A program made the translations under genes and the position numbers. The notes beneath the pieces were generated by a model, which saw only the letters and a program-made list of their open reading frames with translations, was not told the DNA's origin and did not search any database. From Alphaproteobacteria bacterium (GTDB lineage Bacteria > Pseudomonadota > Alphaproteobacteria > GCA-2731375), in contig CBDDBZ010000026.1 in the NCBI GenBank assembly GCA_965225945.1, positions 92,771-156,770 of the forward strand: DNA of 64,000 nt, in the 5' to 3' direction. Each line of letters starts with the position of its first letter. Position 1 is the stretch's first letter. Shown piece by piece: positions 1 through 9,630 of the stretch.

Positions 1-668
1 GCGCGCCAGTGCACTTCGGCCTCGGAGAGCGCACAGGAAACACCGAGCACCCGGCGGCGCTGGTCGGGGCCGATGCCGATCACCGAGAGCACGGCGGCGT
101 CGCGCACCACGCCACCCTCTCGGACTTTCTCATAGCGCGCGTCGAGGAGCAGGTAGCGGATCTCGCCCAGCGGCCGGTTGCGCCAGGCATCCAGCTCCCC
201 ATCCAAGAGCTTGGCGGCGCGGCTGACCTGGCTCGACGACAGGCTCTCCAGGCCGAACTCGCGCATCACCGCCTCGGCGTCACGGGTGGAGACGCCTTTG
301 ATATACATCTCCGCCACGGCCAGCATGACAGCGCGGCAGGAGCGCCGTCCGCGCTCCAGGGCTTGGGGGTAAAAAGGCGCCTCATGACCGGCGGTCTTGG
401 GAACCTCGAGCCTCACCGTACCGGCCGGGGTGTCGATCTTCTTGGGTCTGGTGCCGTTGGCGTATCCCCGCCGCTCGGGCGTGCGCTCATAGTGGCCGGC
501 GCCCAAGAACCTCTCCCGCTCGATCCGCATGGCGAGATTGAAAAGGCCGGCGAAGACCGTCGCCATGTTCTCGCTACCGCCTTCGATCAATTGTTCCACC
601 AAAGCCTCGACAGCGCTATCCTGGTCTTTCCGCATACTGGTTCTCCATGTTTGTTTGGACGCTTTCAT
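1..668 (-). CDS. IS256 transposase, N-terminal part (partial)
   Basis: Antisense ORF 9..674 matches the antisense ORF of the copy whose transposase is 12787..13998. Confidence 0.9.
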   Translation of the reverse strand, partial: MKASKQTWRTSMRKDQDSAVEALVEQLIEGGSENMATVFAGLFNLAMRIERERFLGAGHYERTPERRGYANGTRPKKIDTPAGTVRLEVPKTAGHEAPFYPQALERGRRSCRAVMLAVAEMYIKGVSTRDAEAVMREFGLESLSSSQVSRAAKLLDGELDAWRNRPLGEIRYLLLDARYEKVREGGVVRDAAVLSVIGIGPDQRRRVLGVSCALSEAEVHWR

Positions 669-755
669 GGATAACCAAAATGACGGATCGCCCCGCGCCG
701 GGGTATACCCCGGCGCGGGGCGAAGCCAAATTTCCAGACCTCACGCTACACAAGC
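1..755 (-). mobile_element. IS256-family element, left portion (cut by window edge); inverted copy of 12700..14039
   Basis: Reverse complement of the left part of 12700..14039, with one SNP in the terminal IR; IR ends at 755. Confidence 0.92.
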
Positions 756-1110
756 CCGCGTGGCGGTGTCGGTCTCAGCCAGTGTGATAGGTGTGTTGGT
801 GATGTTCGTCTTGGGAAACGGTTCTGCCGTCGCCCACCAGCAAGGAAACAAGCTGCACTTGGGGGATGCGCCACCGGACCAACAGGTCGAGGGCATCAGC
901 TATTGCGACGGCATCTATCGAGTGATCACTAAGGAGGGCTCCCCAGTCGAGTATCCCGAGTTCGATCTTCGCTTCAAGACGGACGCGAGCCCGGACGGGC
1001 CTCCGCCGGGAACGCCAGTGGTCATAAATGCCGGTATGAAAGGGGACCGAGGTTTCGTCATCTTCTCTGCCCCCAGCGAGATCGGCGCCTTCATCAAGAC
1101 CAAGTGTTAG
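756..1110 (+). CDS. Exported protein resembling the C-terminal domain of alphaproteobacterial cytochrome c-type proteins; 5' end hit by IS256
   Basis: Hydrophobic signal-like stretch, then YC..YRV..EFDLRFKTD..GP..G.PV..AGM.GDR..F; lies upstream of SCO gene; family recalled, not searched. Confidence 0.55.
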
Positions 1111-1144
1111 TGGATGCTGGCCCAGCAAAACGCAGGATATCCCG

Positions 1145-1837
1145 ATGCGCTTGACGAGATCGTCAGTTGCCGCCCTGAGCCTCGCGCTGGTCACTGCTAT
1201 CATCATGTCGGCAAGGGCTCATTCGCTGAAGGAGCTCGAAAGCCAACTAGATGACCGTGAGAAGTACTTCCAGCCGATCGACAAAGACGCGCCGGGTTTC
1301 GCGCTGCGGGATGCCGCCGGGCGCACAGTGCAGCTGGCCAATTTCCAGGACAAGGTCGTAGTCCTCCACTTCATCTATACAAGCTGTCCGGACGTCTGTC
1401 CGCTGCACGCCGACCGCATCGCCCAAATCCAGGAGATGGTCAATCAGACGCCGATGCGGGACCAGGTGCAGTTCGTCAGCATCACTACCGACCCTGAGAA
1501 CGATACGGCCGATGTCCTGCGAACCTATGGTCCCGCGTACGGCCTGGACCCAGTGAACTGGGTGTTCCTGACAAGTGGCTCCGACCGTCCGTCGGCAACC
1601 CGCGAGCTTGCCGAACGTTACCGCCACAAGTTCACAAAGACCGAGGGCAGCTACCAGGTGCATGGGGTGGTCACGCACGTAATCGACCGCGAGGGACGTT
1701 GGCGGGCGAACTTCCACGGTCTTGAGTTCAATCCGACAAATCTCGTCCTCTTCGTCAACGCTCTGGTCAACGATATACACAACGATCACGGAAATGAGGA
1801 GCAGTCCCTTTGGAACAAGCTTTGGAATCTATTCTGA
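1145..1837 (+). CDS. SCO1/SenC family copper chaperone
   Basis: Signal peptide, FIYTSCPDVCP (CxxxC), SITTDPENDT, conserved His (VHG). Confidence 0.9.
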   Translation: MRLTRSSVAALSLALVTAIIMSARAHSLKELESQLDDREKYFQPIDKDAPGFALRDAAGRTVQLANFQDKVVVLHFIYTSCPDVCPLHADRIAQIQEMVNQTPMRDQVQFVSITTDPENDTADVLRTYGPAYGLDPVNWVFLTSGSDRPSATRELAERYRHKFTKTEGSYQVHGVVTHVIDREGRWRANFHGLEFNPTNLVLFVNALVNDIHNDHGNEEQSLWNKLWNLF

Positions 1838-2374
1838 GATACTCAAGCCAATCCCAAGCTTTCCTTCGCCGTTCCTTAGCGGCGAACGGTGCAAGAGAGT
1901 AACCCGCGTAACAACTGTCTCTCGCATGCCGGAAAAGACCGGGCAGTGACTGGCCTTCCGCACTTCGCGGTTATCCGGTCAGCCGATTTTGGAAGATTTC
2001 GGATTTCTCACACACGTTCTTAAGTCCGCTTATGATGCTGTGGACGGCTCCCACCACCGGCATCGCAATGTGCCAAAGTCCGGTTTCTGCAGGAATCGCC
2101 AATGTCAGCTCTTGGCTATCAATGACCGAATCCGCCATCCTCTCCCGACGGAGACTGTACCCCTGATAGCCGACATTGGTGGCCTGGCGGCGCGGAGGAT
2201 GCCGCCCGGGGCGCGTTCGGCGACGATTTCGGCTGACATGATGGCGGTTTCCTGGCTGAGGGCTGAAAAACGGCGCCATCTCGACCCATCGCCGCTGGCC
2301 AAGCACGCGAAAATGCGGTCCTCGGGCCGGCGCGGGCTATACTTTGCCGGGAAACCAGCAACGGAGGGGCGGCG

Positions 2375-3324
2375 ATGGCGATCGTCAAGGTGGCGGAACT
2401 GGCTTACGGGCGACTTCGGGCGCCGGACTTGGACCTGATGGAGGAATTTCTGGTCCATTTCGGCATGACGCGGGCGGCGCGGACGGCCGACGCCCTCTAC
2501 ATGCGCGGGACGGACGCGCGCCACCACATCCACGTCACCGAGTAGGCGAAGCCGCCTTCGTCGGCTTCGCCTACTCGGCCCAGAGCAGGGACGACCTGGA
2601 ACGCCTGGCGGCGCGCGCGCCCGGGGCCTCGGCGGTGGAGGCGATCGAGGAGCCCGGCGGCGGCCACCGGGTGCGGCTCACCGAACCGAACGGCTACGCA
2701 ATCGAGGTGGTGCACGGCATCGAGACGCCGACGGCGATCGCGGTGGCGCGCCAGGCGCTCAACAGTGGGGCGGAGCCCCTGAGGCGCGCCGGCGAGGTGC
2801 TGCGACTGCCGGCCTCGCCCTCGCCGGTGAAGCGGATCGGCCACGGCGTGCTGGCGACGCCCGAGGTGGTGGCGACGGCGAGCTGGTTCCGCGACACGCT
2901 CGGCTTCCTCCGCTCCGACGACGTCTATGTGGCTGAGGAGGCGAACATCGTCGGCTCGTTCAACCGCTGCGACCGGGGCGAGGCCTTTACCGACCACCAC
3001 GTGCTGTTCTGCGTCCGCAACGATCGCGCCGGCCTCAACCATCTGTCGTTCGAGCTGCCGGACGCCGACGCGGTCTTCAAGGATCACGAATACATCGCCG
3101 GCCTCGGCAAATACGAGCACATGTGGGGGATCGGCCGGCACATCCTGGGCAGCCAGATCTTCGACTATTGGTGCGATCCCTGGGGTCGGGTCCACGAGCG
3201 CTGGGCCGACACCGACCGGCTGAACGCGGCGAGCGGCGGCAACCTGACGCCGGCCGAGATCGGCTTCGCCAGCCAATGGGGCCCCGACGCGCCGGAGAAG
3301 TTCATCACCCACTCCAGCCCATGA
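2375..3324 (+). pseudogene. VOC/glyoxalase (extradiol dioxygenase-like) protein, frameshifted near 2543
   Basis: GGAGG RBS; MAIVKVAELAYGRLRAPDLD..HIHVTE then TAG; continues in another frame with RIGHGVL, DHH, NHLSFE, WGIGRHILGSQIFDYW. Confidence 0.8.
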
Positions 3325-3362
3325 CCCAGAAGCCGTCATTCATTGCCCCGCCCCCCCCCCCC

Positions 3363-3495
3363 CTTCAGCCGGGCACCCCGGCGCCACCTCCAAGGCTCCA
3401 CGAACCGCCCTGACCACCTGCCGGCGCGAGCGGCCTTGGCTCGAGCCCTCTTGGAGCACGTAGTCCTCGCTATAGCGGCGGTAGGCCAGCGCCAT
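3363..3495 (-). pseudogene. Thermonuclease (SNase-like) C-terminal fragment
   Basis: ALAYRRYSEDYVLQE, then after a frameshift AKAARAGRWSGRFVEPWRWRRG. Confidence 0.55.
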
Positions 3496-3687
3496 GTCTA
3501 TACCTGGACCGTGATCCGCCGCGCGCTCGACCCCGCCTTCCAATCCCACGTGCCGTTCACCGTGGTCGTCGTCGCCCTCGACGTGGCCGGCCGGCCGCTG
3601 CTGCCGGGAACGCTGATCGATTGCGCGCCGGAGCGGATCGAGGCCGAGATGGCGGTGGAGATCGTCTTCCAGCCGTTGGACGATTAA
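3496..3687 (+). pseudogene. DUF35/ChsH2-type OB-fold domain, Zn-ribbon N-terminus missing
   Basis: VYTWTVIRRALDPAF..VPFTVVVVALD..MAVEIVF; no CxxC ribbon upstream. Confidence 0.6.
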
Positions 3688-3745
3688 ATTTCGCTGCCCT
3701 GCTGGCGGCCCCTCGTGGCCGGTTGAAACAAGGAGATCGACGAAA

Positions 3746-4387
3746 ATGAGCGACGACGTTTACGCGCGACAGAATTTCGGCAACAGCGTCGGCTTCGGGC
3801 GCCAGCCGGCGTTGCTGATCGTCGACTTTCAGGTCGGTTTCGCCGACCCGGACGTCTTCGGCGGCGGCAACGTGGCCGAGGCGGTTGCCGCCACCGAGCC
3901 GCTGCTGGAGGGCATGCGCGAGATCGGCACACCGATCGCCTACACCCGCGCGGTGTTCGCCGCCGACGGCTCGGACGGGGGCAGCTTCGCGCTCAAGGTG
4001 CCGGACCTGGTGAAGCTGACGGAGGAGGCCGAGATCAGCCAAATCGTGCCGGAACTGGCGCCCCGGCCGGGCGAATTGGTGGTGCGCAAGATCGGTCCCT
4101 CGGCCTTCTTCGCCACCCCCTTGCAGCCCTGGCTGACCGCGCGCTCGATCGACACCCTGATCGTCACCGGGGCGACCACGTCGGGCTGCGTGCGGGCCAG
4201 CGTGATCGATTCGCTGTCTTACGCCTACCGCACCATCGTCGCCGCCGACTGCTGCGGCGACCGGGCGCTTGGGCCGCACGAGGCCAACCTGTTCGACATG
4301 GGACAGAAATACGCCGACCTGATGAGCGGCGAGGAAGCGCTGGCCAAGGCGCGAGCGGCCACCACGGCGAACGCGCCGGCAAACTGA
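3746..4387 (+). CDS. Isochorismatase-family cysteine hydrolase (N-carbamoylsarcosine/maleamate amidohydrolase-like)
   Basis: ALLIVDFQ, K..PSAFF, GATTSGCVRASVID. Confidence 0.88.
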   Translation: MSDDVYARQNFGNSVGFGRQPALLIVDFQVGFADPDVFGGGNVAEAVAATEPLLEGMREIGTPIAYTRAVFAADGSDGGSFALKVPDLVKLTEEAEISQIVPELAPRPGELVVRKIGPSAFFATPLQPWLTARSIDTLIVTGATTSGCVRASVIDSLSYAYRTIVAADCCGDRALGPHEANLFDMGQKYADLMSGEEALAKARAATTANAPAN

Positions 4388-4405
4388 AAGCAAGAGGAGA
4401 CCACC

Positions 4406-4750
4406 ATGACCATCAAGCGTCACCACGTCGGCCCGATCATGAGCCGAATCGTCGAGGCCGGCGATACCGTCTATCTCCAGGGCCTCACCGCCGACGACAA
4501 GTCGGGCACCATCGAGGCGCAGACGGCGAACGTGCTGGCCAAGATCGATGGGCTGCTGGCCGAAGCCGGCACGACCAAGTCGAAACTGCTGAGCGCCACG
4601 ATCTACGTCTCCGAGCTTTCGCTTCGGCCCCGGATGAACGAGGTCTGGGGCGCCTGGATCGACCCCGAGAACCCGCCGATCCGGGCCTGCGTCGGGGTCG
4701 AGCTCGACGGCGAGACCAAGGTCGAGATCGTCGTCACCGCGCTGAAGTAG
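4406..4750 (+). CDS. RidA/YjgF family protein (YoaB-like)
   Basis: MSRIV..VYLQG..MNEVWGAWIDPENPPIRACV..KVEIVVTA. Confidence 0.9.
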   Translation: MTIKRHHVGPIMSRIVEAGDTVYLQGLTADDKSGTIEAQTANVLAKIDGLLAEAGTTKSKLLSATIYVSELSLRPRMNEVWGAWIDPENPPIRACVGVELDGETKVEIVVTALK

Positions 4751-5393
4751 CGGCCGCTCGGGGCGCGCCATGGACGGCATGGACGCGCTCCACGGCTGTC
4801 TCGCCCGCCTCCTCGACCGCCCTTATTGCCCGCTCGCCCGGGAGTGACGGCGACCGCCATGAATGGCGACGCCTATTCCGAGTCCGCTTCGCCGCCTCCA
4901 TCTCGGCCTCGCATCCGGTTCAAAACAGAGCGGCGACGAGAGCCGCGTCGGTCCAGACGCTTGGATTTTCGCTTCTCGAGGCACGGAATGCCCAGTCGGC
5001 GGCTTCCTCGTAACGTCCCAGATGAAAATTGGCGATGGCGCGCTGCGTGAAACGACCCGAGCGGCGCGGATCACGTGGGCTGAGGCGGTCGGCCCTCGCC
5101 GCCGCCGCGTGAGCTCGCGCGCGACGCCTGGCGCCGGCGGAGCGGCGACGGGTCGCGGCCGCCCGCGCCTCGGCGCCGGGTCTTCGCGGGACCAGACCCG
5201 TGCGCCTGTTCCCCCGGCGGGTCGACGTGGCCCTGCTCGGCCGCCTCGACGCCCTGGTCGACGGCCGCCTCGCCGAGCATCGGATGGTCCGGGGGCGCTA
5301 TCGCGTCGTGGGCGGGCGGGTCGAGATCGCCGAGCTCGTGGTCGATGGGCGACCGCTCGCGGGCGCGCTGTCGCTGGCCGGCGCGGGCCCGTC

Positions 5394-6077
5394 ATGCGCC
5401 GGTTGACATCCAGCCGCCTGGCGGCGGTCGCGGCGACGACGCTGTCGCTGGCCGCGCTGTCGTCGGCCTGTGTCAGCACGAACTATGTACGGGAGGATCG
5501 AGCGGGCGACGCCGCGTCGCCGGCCGCCTGGCCGGCCCGGAGGGTGGTCTATCACCTCGATCGACGCCTGCTGGACGCGCCGCCCGAGTGCGTCGTCGTG
5601 CTGCCGCCGCCGCCCGGCCGCGCCCCCGACCTCGCGGCCGTTATCGAGCCCGCCCTGGAGCGCCATCTCGCGCGCAAGACGGCTCGGGTGCTGCTCGCCG
5701 GGGAAGCGCGACGTCTGGTCCGTGAGCTGGCGCTCGACCCGGGCGACGCCGGTGATCTCCGCCACCTCGTCCGAGTGGCGCGCTGCCCGGCGGTGCTGTC
5801 GTGGCGGGTCGTCGAGGCCGGCGATCTCTATCTAGGCGTCTGGAGCGAGCGTCGTCTGGAGCTCGAAGTGACGCTCCGGGACGCCGTCGACGACTCACCG
5901 CTCTGGCGGGCCCGGCACGCGGCCGTCCGCGCCGACGGCGGCCTCCCCCTGTCCCCGCTCGCGGTGCCCTTGGCCGTCGCCGACGCCACCCTCCATCACG
6001 CCGACGGCGAGCTCCGCGCCTCCCTGGTCGACGACGTCGCTCGGCGCCTCTTCGCGACTCTGCCGTCGCTGCGATAG
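5394..6077 (+). CDS. Putative lipoprotein (DUF799/GNA1162-like)
   Basis: MRRLTSSR + hydrophobic core + SAC lipobox; LWRARH and V.D..RRLF.TLP motifs. Confidence 0.6.
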   Translation: MRRLTSSRLAAVAATTLSLAALSSACVSTNYVREDRAGDAASPAAWPARRVVYHLDRRLLDAPPECVVVLPPPPGRAPDLAAVIEPALERHLARKTARVLLAGEARRLVRELALDPGDAGDLRHLVRVARCPAVLSWRVVEAGDLYLGVWSERRLELEVTLRDAVDDSPLWRARHAAVRADGGLPLSPLAVPLAVADATLHHADGELRASLVDDVARRLFATLPSLR

Positions 6078-6449
6078 CGTCACGAAAACTTTGATGATCT
6101 ATGAGGGACCCCAATTCGATCGAAGCCCTGGTCTCAGCCAGATCCCTGATCGAGACGATAGGGCCCAAAGACCATGTTGAAAGTGGAGCGGCGGTCGACG
6201 TGGCGATCGCCACCAAGCATGATCGACTGCCACGTTCTCTCAACTACCTCATGAAGATCGTCGCAGTGAACCGTGATCGGAGCGCTGAATTTCGATAATT
6301 GACGGCCGATCCGGCCGCCGTATTCGGCGTCACTCCAGACAAATGGAGGGTGTTGGCGACAAGGTGATAGGCATGGTGGAAATTTGCCCTTCTGCTCCCC
6401 CGCTCGCTCCCCGAAACGCCGGAGTTCTATCGGAAATTCAACTTTATAT

Positions 6450-8165
6450 GTAAGAGGGGCAAAACCCCGGGCATTTTTTGAGCTGGGGGGATTCTCAGCG
6501 GACTCGAAGTATGAATCAATGGGGCGATGGCCGAATCGCTCCCGGATATTGAGGCCCTGAGCCTGGACGACCTCAAGCGGTTGGTGCTCCGGCAATTGGA
6601 GGAGGTCGCGCGTCTGCGAGTGGAGAACGCGGCCTTGCGCGAGGAGATCGCGCGGCTGAAAGGGCTCAAGGGGCGGCCCAAGATCAAGCCGAGCGGCATG
6701 GAGAAGAAGGCGGCCGAACGACGCAAGACCAAGGAACGGCGCCAACAGGCCCGCCGGGGCAAGAAGAACGCGCGGCTGCGTATCGACGAGGAGCGCATCC
6801 TTGTGGCCGAGGTTCCGCCGGGCTCGCGCTTCAAGGGCACCGAGCCCTACGTGGTCCAAGATCTCTTGGTGCGCCCATATACCCTGCGCTACCACCGGCA
6901 ACGCTGGGTGACGCCGTCGGGAGAGACGGTGATAGCGGCCTTGCCAGCGGGGGTGAAGGGCCACTTCGGGTCGGAGTTGCGCCGCTTCGTGGTGGACCTC
7001 TACCACCAGGGCCAGACCACGGTGGCGCGTCTGGTGGCCTTGCTCAGCGATATCGGGGTGGCGATCTCCAAGCGCCAGGTGATGCGGCTCCTGAACGAGG
7101 ACCAGGCGTGCTTCACCGGCGAGGCGGGCGCGGTTCTGCGCGCCGGCCTGGAGACCGCGGCCTGGGTCAGCGTGGACGACACCGGCGCCCGCCATCGGGC
7201 GCGCAACGGCGTGTGCACGCAGATCGGCAACGACCATTTCGCCTGGTTCGCCACCGGCTTTTCCAAGAGCCGGCGGAACTTCCTGGAACTGCTGCGGGCC
7301 GGTCACGAAGACTACCTGGTCAATGACGCGGCCTTGGCCTACATGCGCGAACGCCGTCTCGCCGGCCCCCTCGTCGCCCGTTTGGAAACGGCCCGGGTGC
7401 GCCGCTTTGCCGACGAGAGGATCTGGATGAGCCACCTGAAGGCCTTGGGGATCACGGACCTCGAGGTCCAGCCCGATCCGGTCAAGATCGCCACCGAGGG
7501 CGCGCTCTGGGGCTCCCTTACTGACCACGGCCTGCTCAAAGACAGCGTCATCCTCAGCGACGACGCCGGCCAGTTCAACGTCGGCCATCACGCGCTCTGC
7601 TGGGTCCACGCCGAGCGCTTGGTCCATAAGCTGGATTGTTTCACTCAGGCGCAGGCGCAAGCGAAAGAACGGATCCGGACCCGGATCTGGTGGCTCTACG
7701 CGGACCTCAAGGCCTACCGCGAAGACCCGCGCCGGCGACGAAGACGCGAGCTTCGCCGGCGCTTCGACGATATCTTCACCAGGCGCACCGGCTTCGCCAC
7801 CCTCGATCGCCTGCTCGCCCGGCTCCATGGCAACAAGGAAGAGTTGCTGCTGGTGCTCGAGCGCCCCGAGGTGCCGCTCAACACCAACGGCTCGGAGAAC
7901 GACATCCGCTGCCAGGTGACCCGCCGCAAGATCTCCGGCGGCACCCGATCCGAGGCCGGCCGCGAGGCCCGCGACGCCTTCCTCGGCCTCATGAAGACCT
8001 GCGCCAAACAGGGCATCTCCTTCTGGGACTACCTCGGCGACCGCCTCGGGGTCCCCGATGCCCCGCCTATCGCCTACCTCCCCGATCTGATCAGGCAGCG
8101 CGCCGCCTCAGTGATCAGGCAGCGCGCCGCCTCAGCCTGAGTGCCCGGGGTTCTGCCCCTATTAC
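6450..8165 (+). mobile_element. IS66-family element (single-ORF type)
   Basis: TIRs GTAAGAGGGGCAAAACCCCGGGCA / GTAATAGGGGCAGAACCCCGGGCA; 8-bp TSD CTTTATAT at 6442 and 8166. Confidence 0.95.
6527..8140 (+). CDS. IS66 transposase
   Basis: Coiled-coil N-terminus, VDDTG, LCWVHAER, TNGSENDIR..RKISGG; 24-bp tandem duplication at C-terminus (IRQRAAS x2). Confidence 0.93.
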   Translation: MAESLPDIEALSLDDLKRLVLRQLEEVARLRVENAALREEIARLKGLKGRPKIKPSGMEKKAAERRKTKERRQQARRGKKNARLRIDEERILVAEVPPGSRFKGTEPYVVQDLLVRPYTLRYHRQRWVTPSGETVIAALPAGVKGHFGSELRRFVVDLYHQGQTTVARLVALLSDIGVAISKRQVMRLLNEDQACFTGEAGAVLRAGLETAAWVSVDDTGARHRARNGVCTQIGNDHFAWFATGFSKSRRNFLELLRAGHEDYLVNDAALAYMRERRLAGPLVARLETARVRRFADERIWMSHLKALGITDLEVQPDPVKIATEGALWGSLTDHGLLKDSVILSDDAGQFNVGHHALCWVHAERLVHKLDCFTQAQAQAKERIRTRIWWLYADLKAYREDPRRRRRRELRRRFDDIFTRRTGFATLDRLLARLHGNKEELLLVLERPEVPLNTNGSENDIRCQVTRRKISGGTRSEAGREARDAFLGLMKTCAKQGISFWDYLGDRLGVPDAPPIAYLPDLIRQRAASVIRQRAASA

Positions 8166-8203
8166 CTTTATATCCTTTAAGATACTGCAATTAAGGGGAA
8201 AAT

Positions 8204-8251
8204 TGGAGCGGGCGATGGGATTCGAACCCACGACTTCAACCTTGGCAAGGT
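8204..8251 (-). pseudogene. 3' half of tRNA-Gly(GCC) (att-like fragment)
   Basis: ACCTTGCCAAGGTTGAAGTCGTGGGTTCGAATCCCATCGCCCGCTCCA: anticodon arm, T-arm, CCA; no 5' half. Confidence 0.8.
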
Positions 8252-8278
8252 GGAGTTCTGTCGCAAAGCGAAGGAGCG

Positions 8279-8336
8279 TGGCACGCCCGGCAAGATTCGA
8301 ACCTGCGACTTCGAGACTCGAAAGCTCGTGCTCTAT
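8279..8336 (-). pseudogene. Degenerate tRNA-Arg-like 3' fragment (apparent TCG anticodon)
   Basis: ATAGAGCACGAGCTTTCGAGTCTCGAAGTCGCAGGTTCGAATCTTGCCGGGCGTGCCA; 5' acceptor strand absent. Confidence 0.6.
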
Positions 8337-8395
8337 GGTCCTGGCAGGTAGCTGCGGATTTGCGATATCCAGGCTGAACGGCAGCTGTGGGAGGA

Positions 8396-8471
8396 TGGTG
8401 CCGCAGGACGGATTCGAACCGCCGACATCCACATTACGAATGTGGCGCTCTACCAACTGAGCTACTGCGGC
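8396..8471 (-). tRNA. tRNA-Thr(CGT)
   Basis: 76-nt cloverleaf GCCGCAG..TTCGTAA..GGTTCGAATCC..CTGCGGCACCA. Confidence 0.96.
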
Positions 8472-8616
8472 ACGCCCGCGCGGGCAAATCCGAATCGGCG
8501 ACCGCTCAGAACGTCTCCATAGCGCATTTCGCGCAAACACGCATCCCCTTAGTCGCGGACATCGGCGATTTAACGCTAATATCGCCAACAGCCGGGCGCA
8601 AAGGGGGGCGAGAGCG

Positions 8617-9630
8617 ATGGCGAGCAACGATGCATGGCTGGCCCTGGGCCGGGAGGAGGCGCTGGAGCCGGAGCTGGCGATCTGCGATCCCCACCACCAT
8701 CTCTGGGCGGTGCGCGAGGGCGGCGTCGAGCCGCGCTATCTGCTGGCCGAGTTCGCCGCCGACTTGGCTCTCGGCCACAAAATCGTCTCCACGGTCTTCA
8801 TCGAATGCGGCGCCGAGTTTCGCCGCGACGGGCCGAGGGTCGAGCGGCCGCTCGGCGAAACCGAGTTCGTCCGCAGCATCGCCGAGGTGGCCGACGCCGA
8901 TCCGGCGATCACCACGCGCGTCGCCGCGGCCATCGTCGGCACCGTGTTCCTGAGCGAGGGGGACGGCGCGGGCGCCGTGCTCGACGCCCAGATCGAGGTC
9001 GCGGGCGGGCGCTTCCGCGGCATCCGCCAAGGCGCCACCTGGCATCGAGACCCCGAGGTTCCCAATCACCGGACCGAGCCTCCCGAGGGGCTCTACGGCG
9101 ATGCGAAATTCCGCGCCGGCTTCGCCCATCTGGCGCCGCGCCAGCTCAGCTTCGAGGGCTGGTGCTACCACACTCAGATCCCGCAATTGACCGAGCTCGC
9201 CCGCGCCTTCCCCGACACCACCATCATCCTCGACCACTTCGGCGGGCCGATCGGCGTCGGCCCGTACGCCGACAGAAGCGACGAGGTCTTCGCCGCCTGG
9301 CGCGCCGCAATTCGCGAGCTGGCCGCCTGCCCCAATGTCGTCGCCAAGCTCGGCGGGCTGGCCATGGAGGTCAACGGTCATGGCTGGCACCACCGCGCAT
9401 CCCCGCCCTCCAGCACCGAGCTGATGGAGGCGACCCGACCCTATTACGAGGAGACGATCGCCCTCTTCGGACCGAAACGCTGCATGTTCGAGAGCAATTT
9501 TCCCGTCGACAAGGTGAGCGCCGGCTACGACGTGGTGTGGAATTCCTTCAAGCGCCTCGTCGCCGGCCACGGCCCGAGCGAAAAGGCCGCCCTCTTCCAC
9601 GACACCGCGGCTCGGGTCTACCGGATCTGA
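8617..9630 (+). CDS. Amidohydrolase_2 family protein
   Basis: DPHHHLW, RFRGIRQ, ILDHFGGP, RCMFESNFPVD. Confidence 0.92.
   Translation: MASNDAWLALGREEALEPELAICDPHHHLWAVREGGVEPRYLLAEFAADLALGHKIVSTVFIECGAEFRRDGPRVERPLGETEFVRSIAEVADADPAITTRVAAAIVGTVFLSEGDGAGAVLDAQIEVAGGRFRGIRQGATWHRDPEVPNHRTEPPEGLYGDAKFRAGFAHLAPRQLSFEGWCYHTQIPQLTELARAFPDTTIILDHFGGPIGVGPYADRSDEVFAAWRAAIRELAACPNVVAKLGGLAMEVNGHGWHHRASPPSSTELMEATRPYYEETIALFGPKRCMFESNFPVDKVSAGYDVVWNSFKRLVAGHGPSEKAALFHDTAARVYRI

Noticed and set aside
4800-5406. Possible gene remnant upstream of the lipoprotein (5200..5406), and small ORF 6101..6298
   Set aside because: No recognisable motif or convincing start; not supportable
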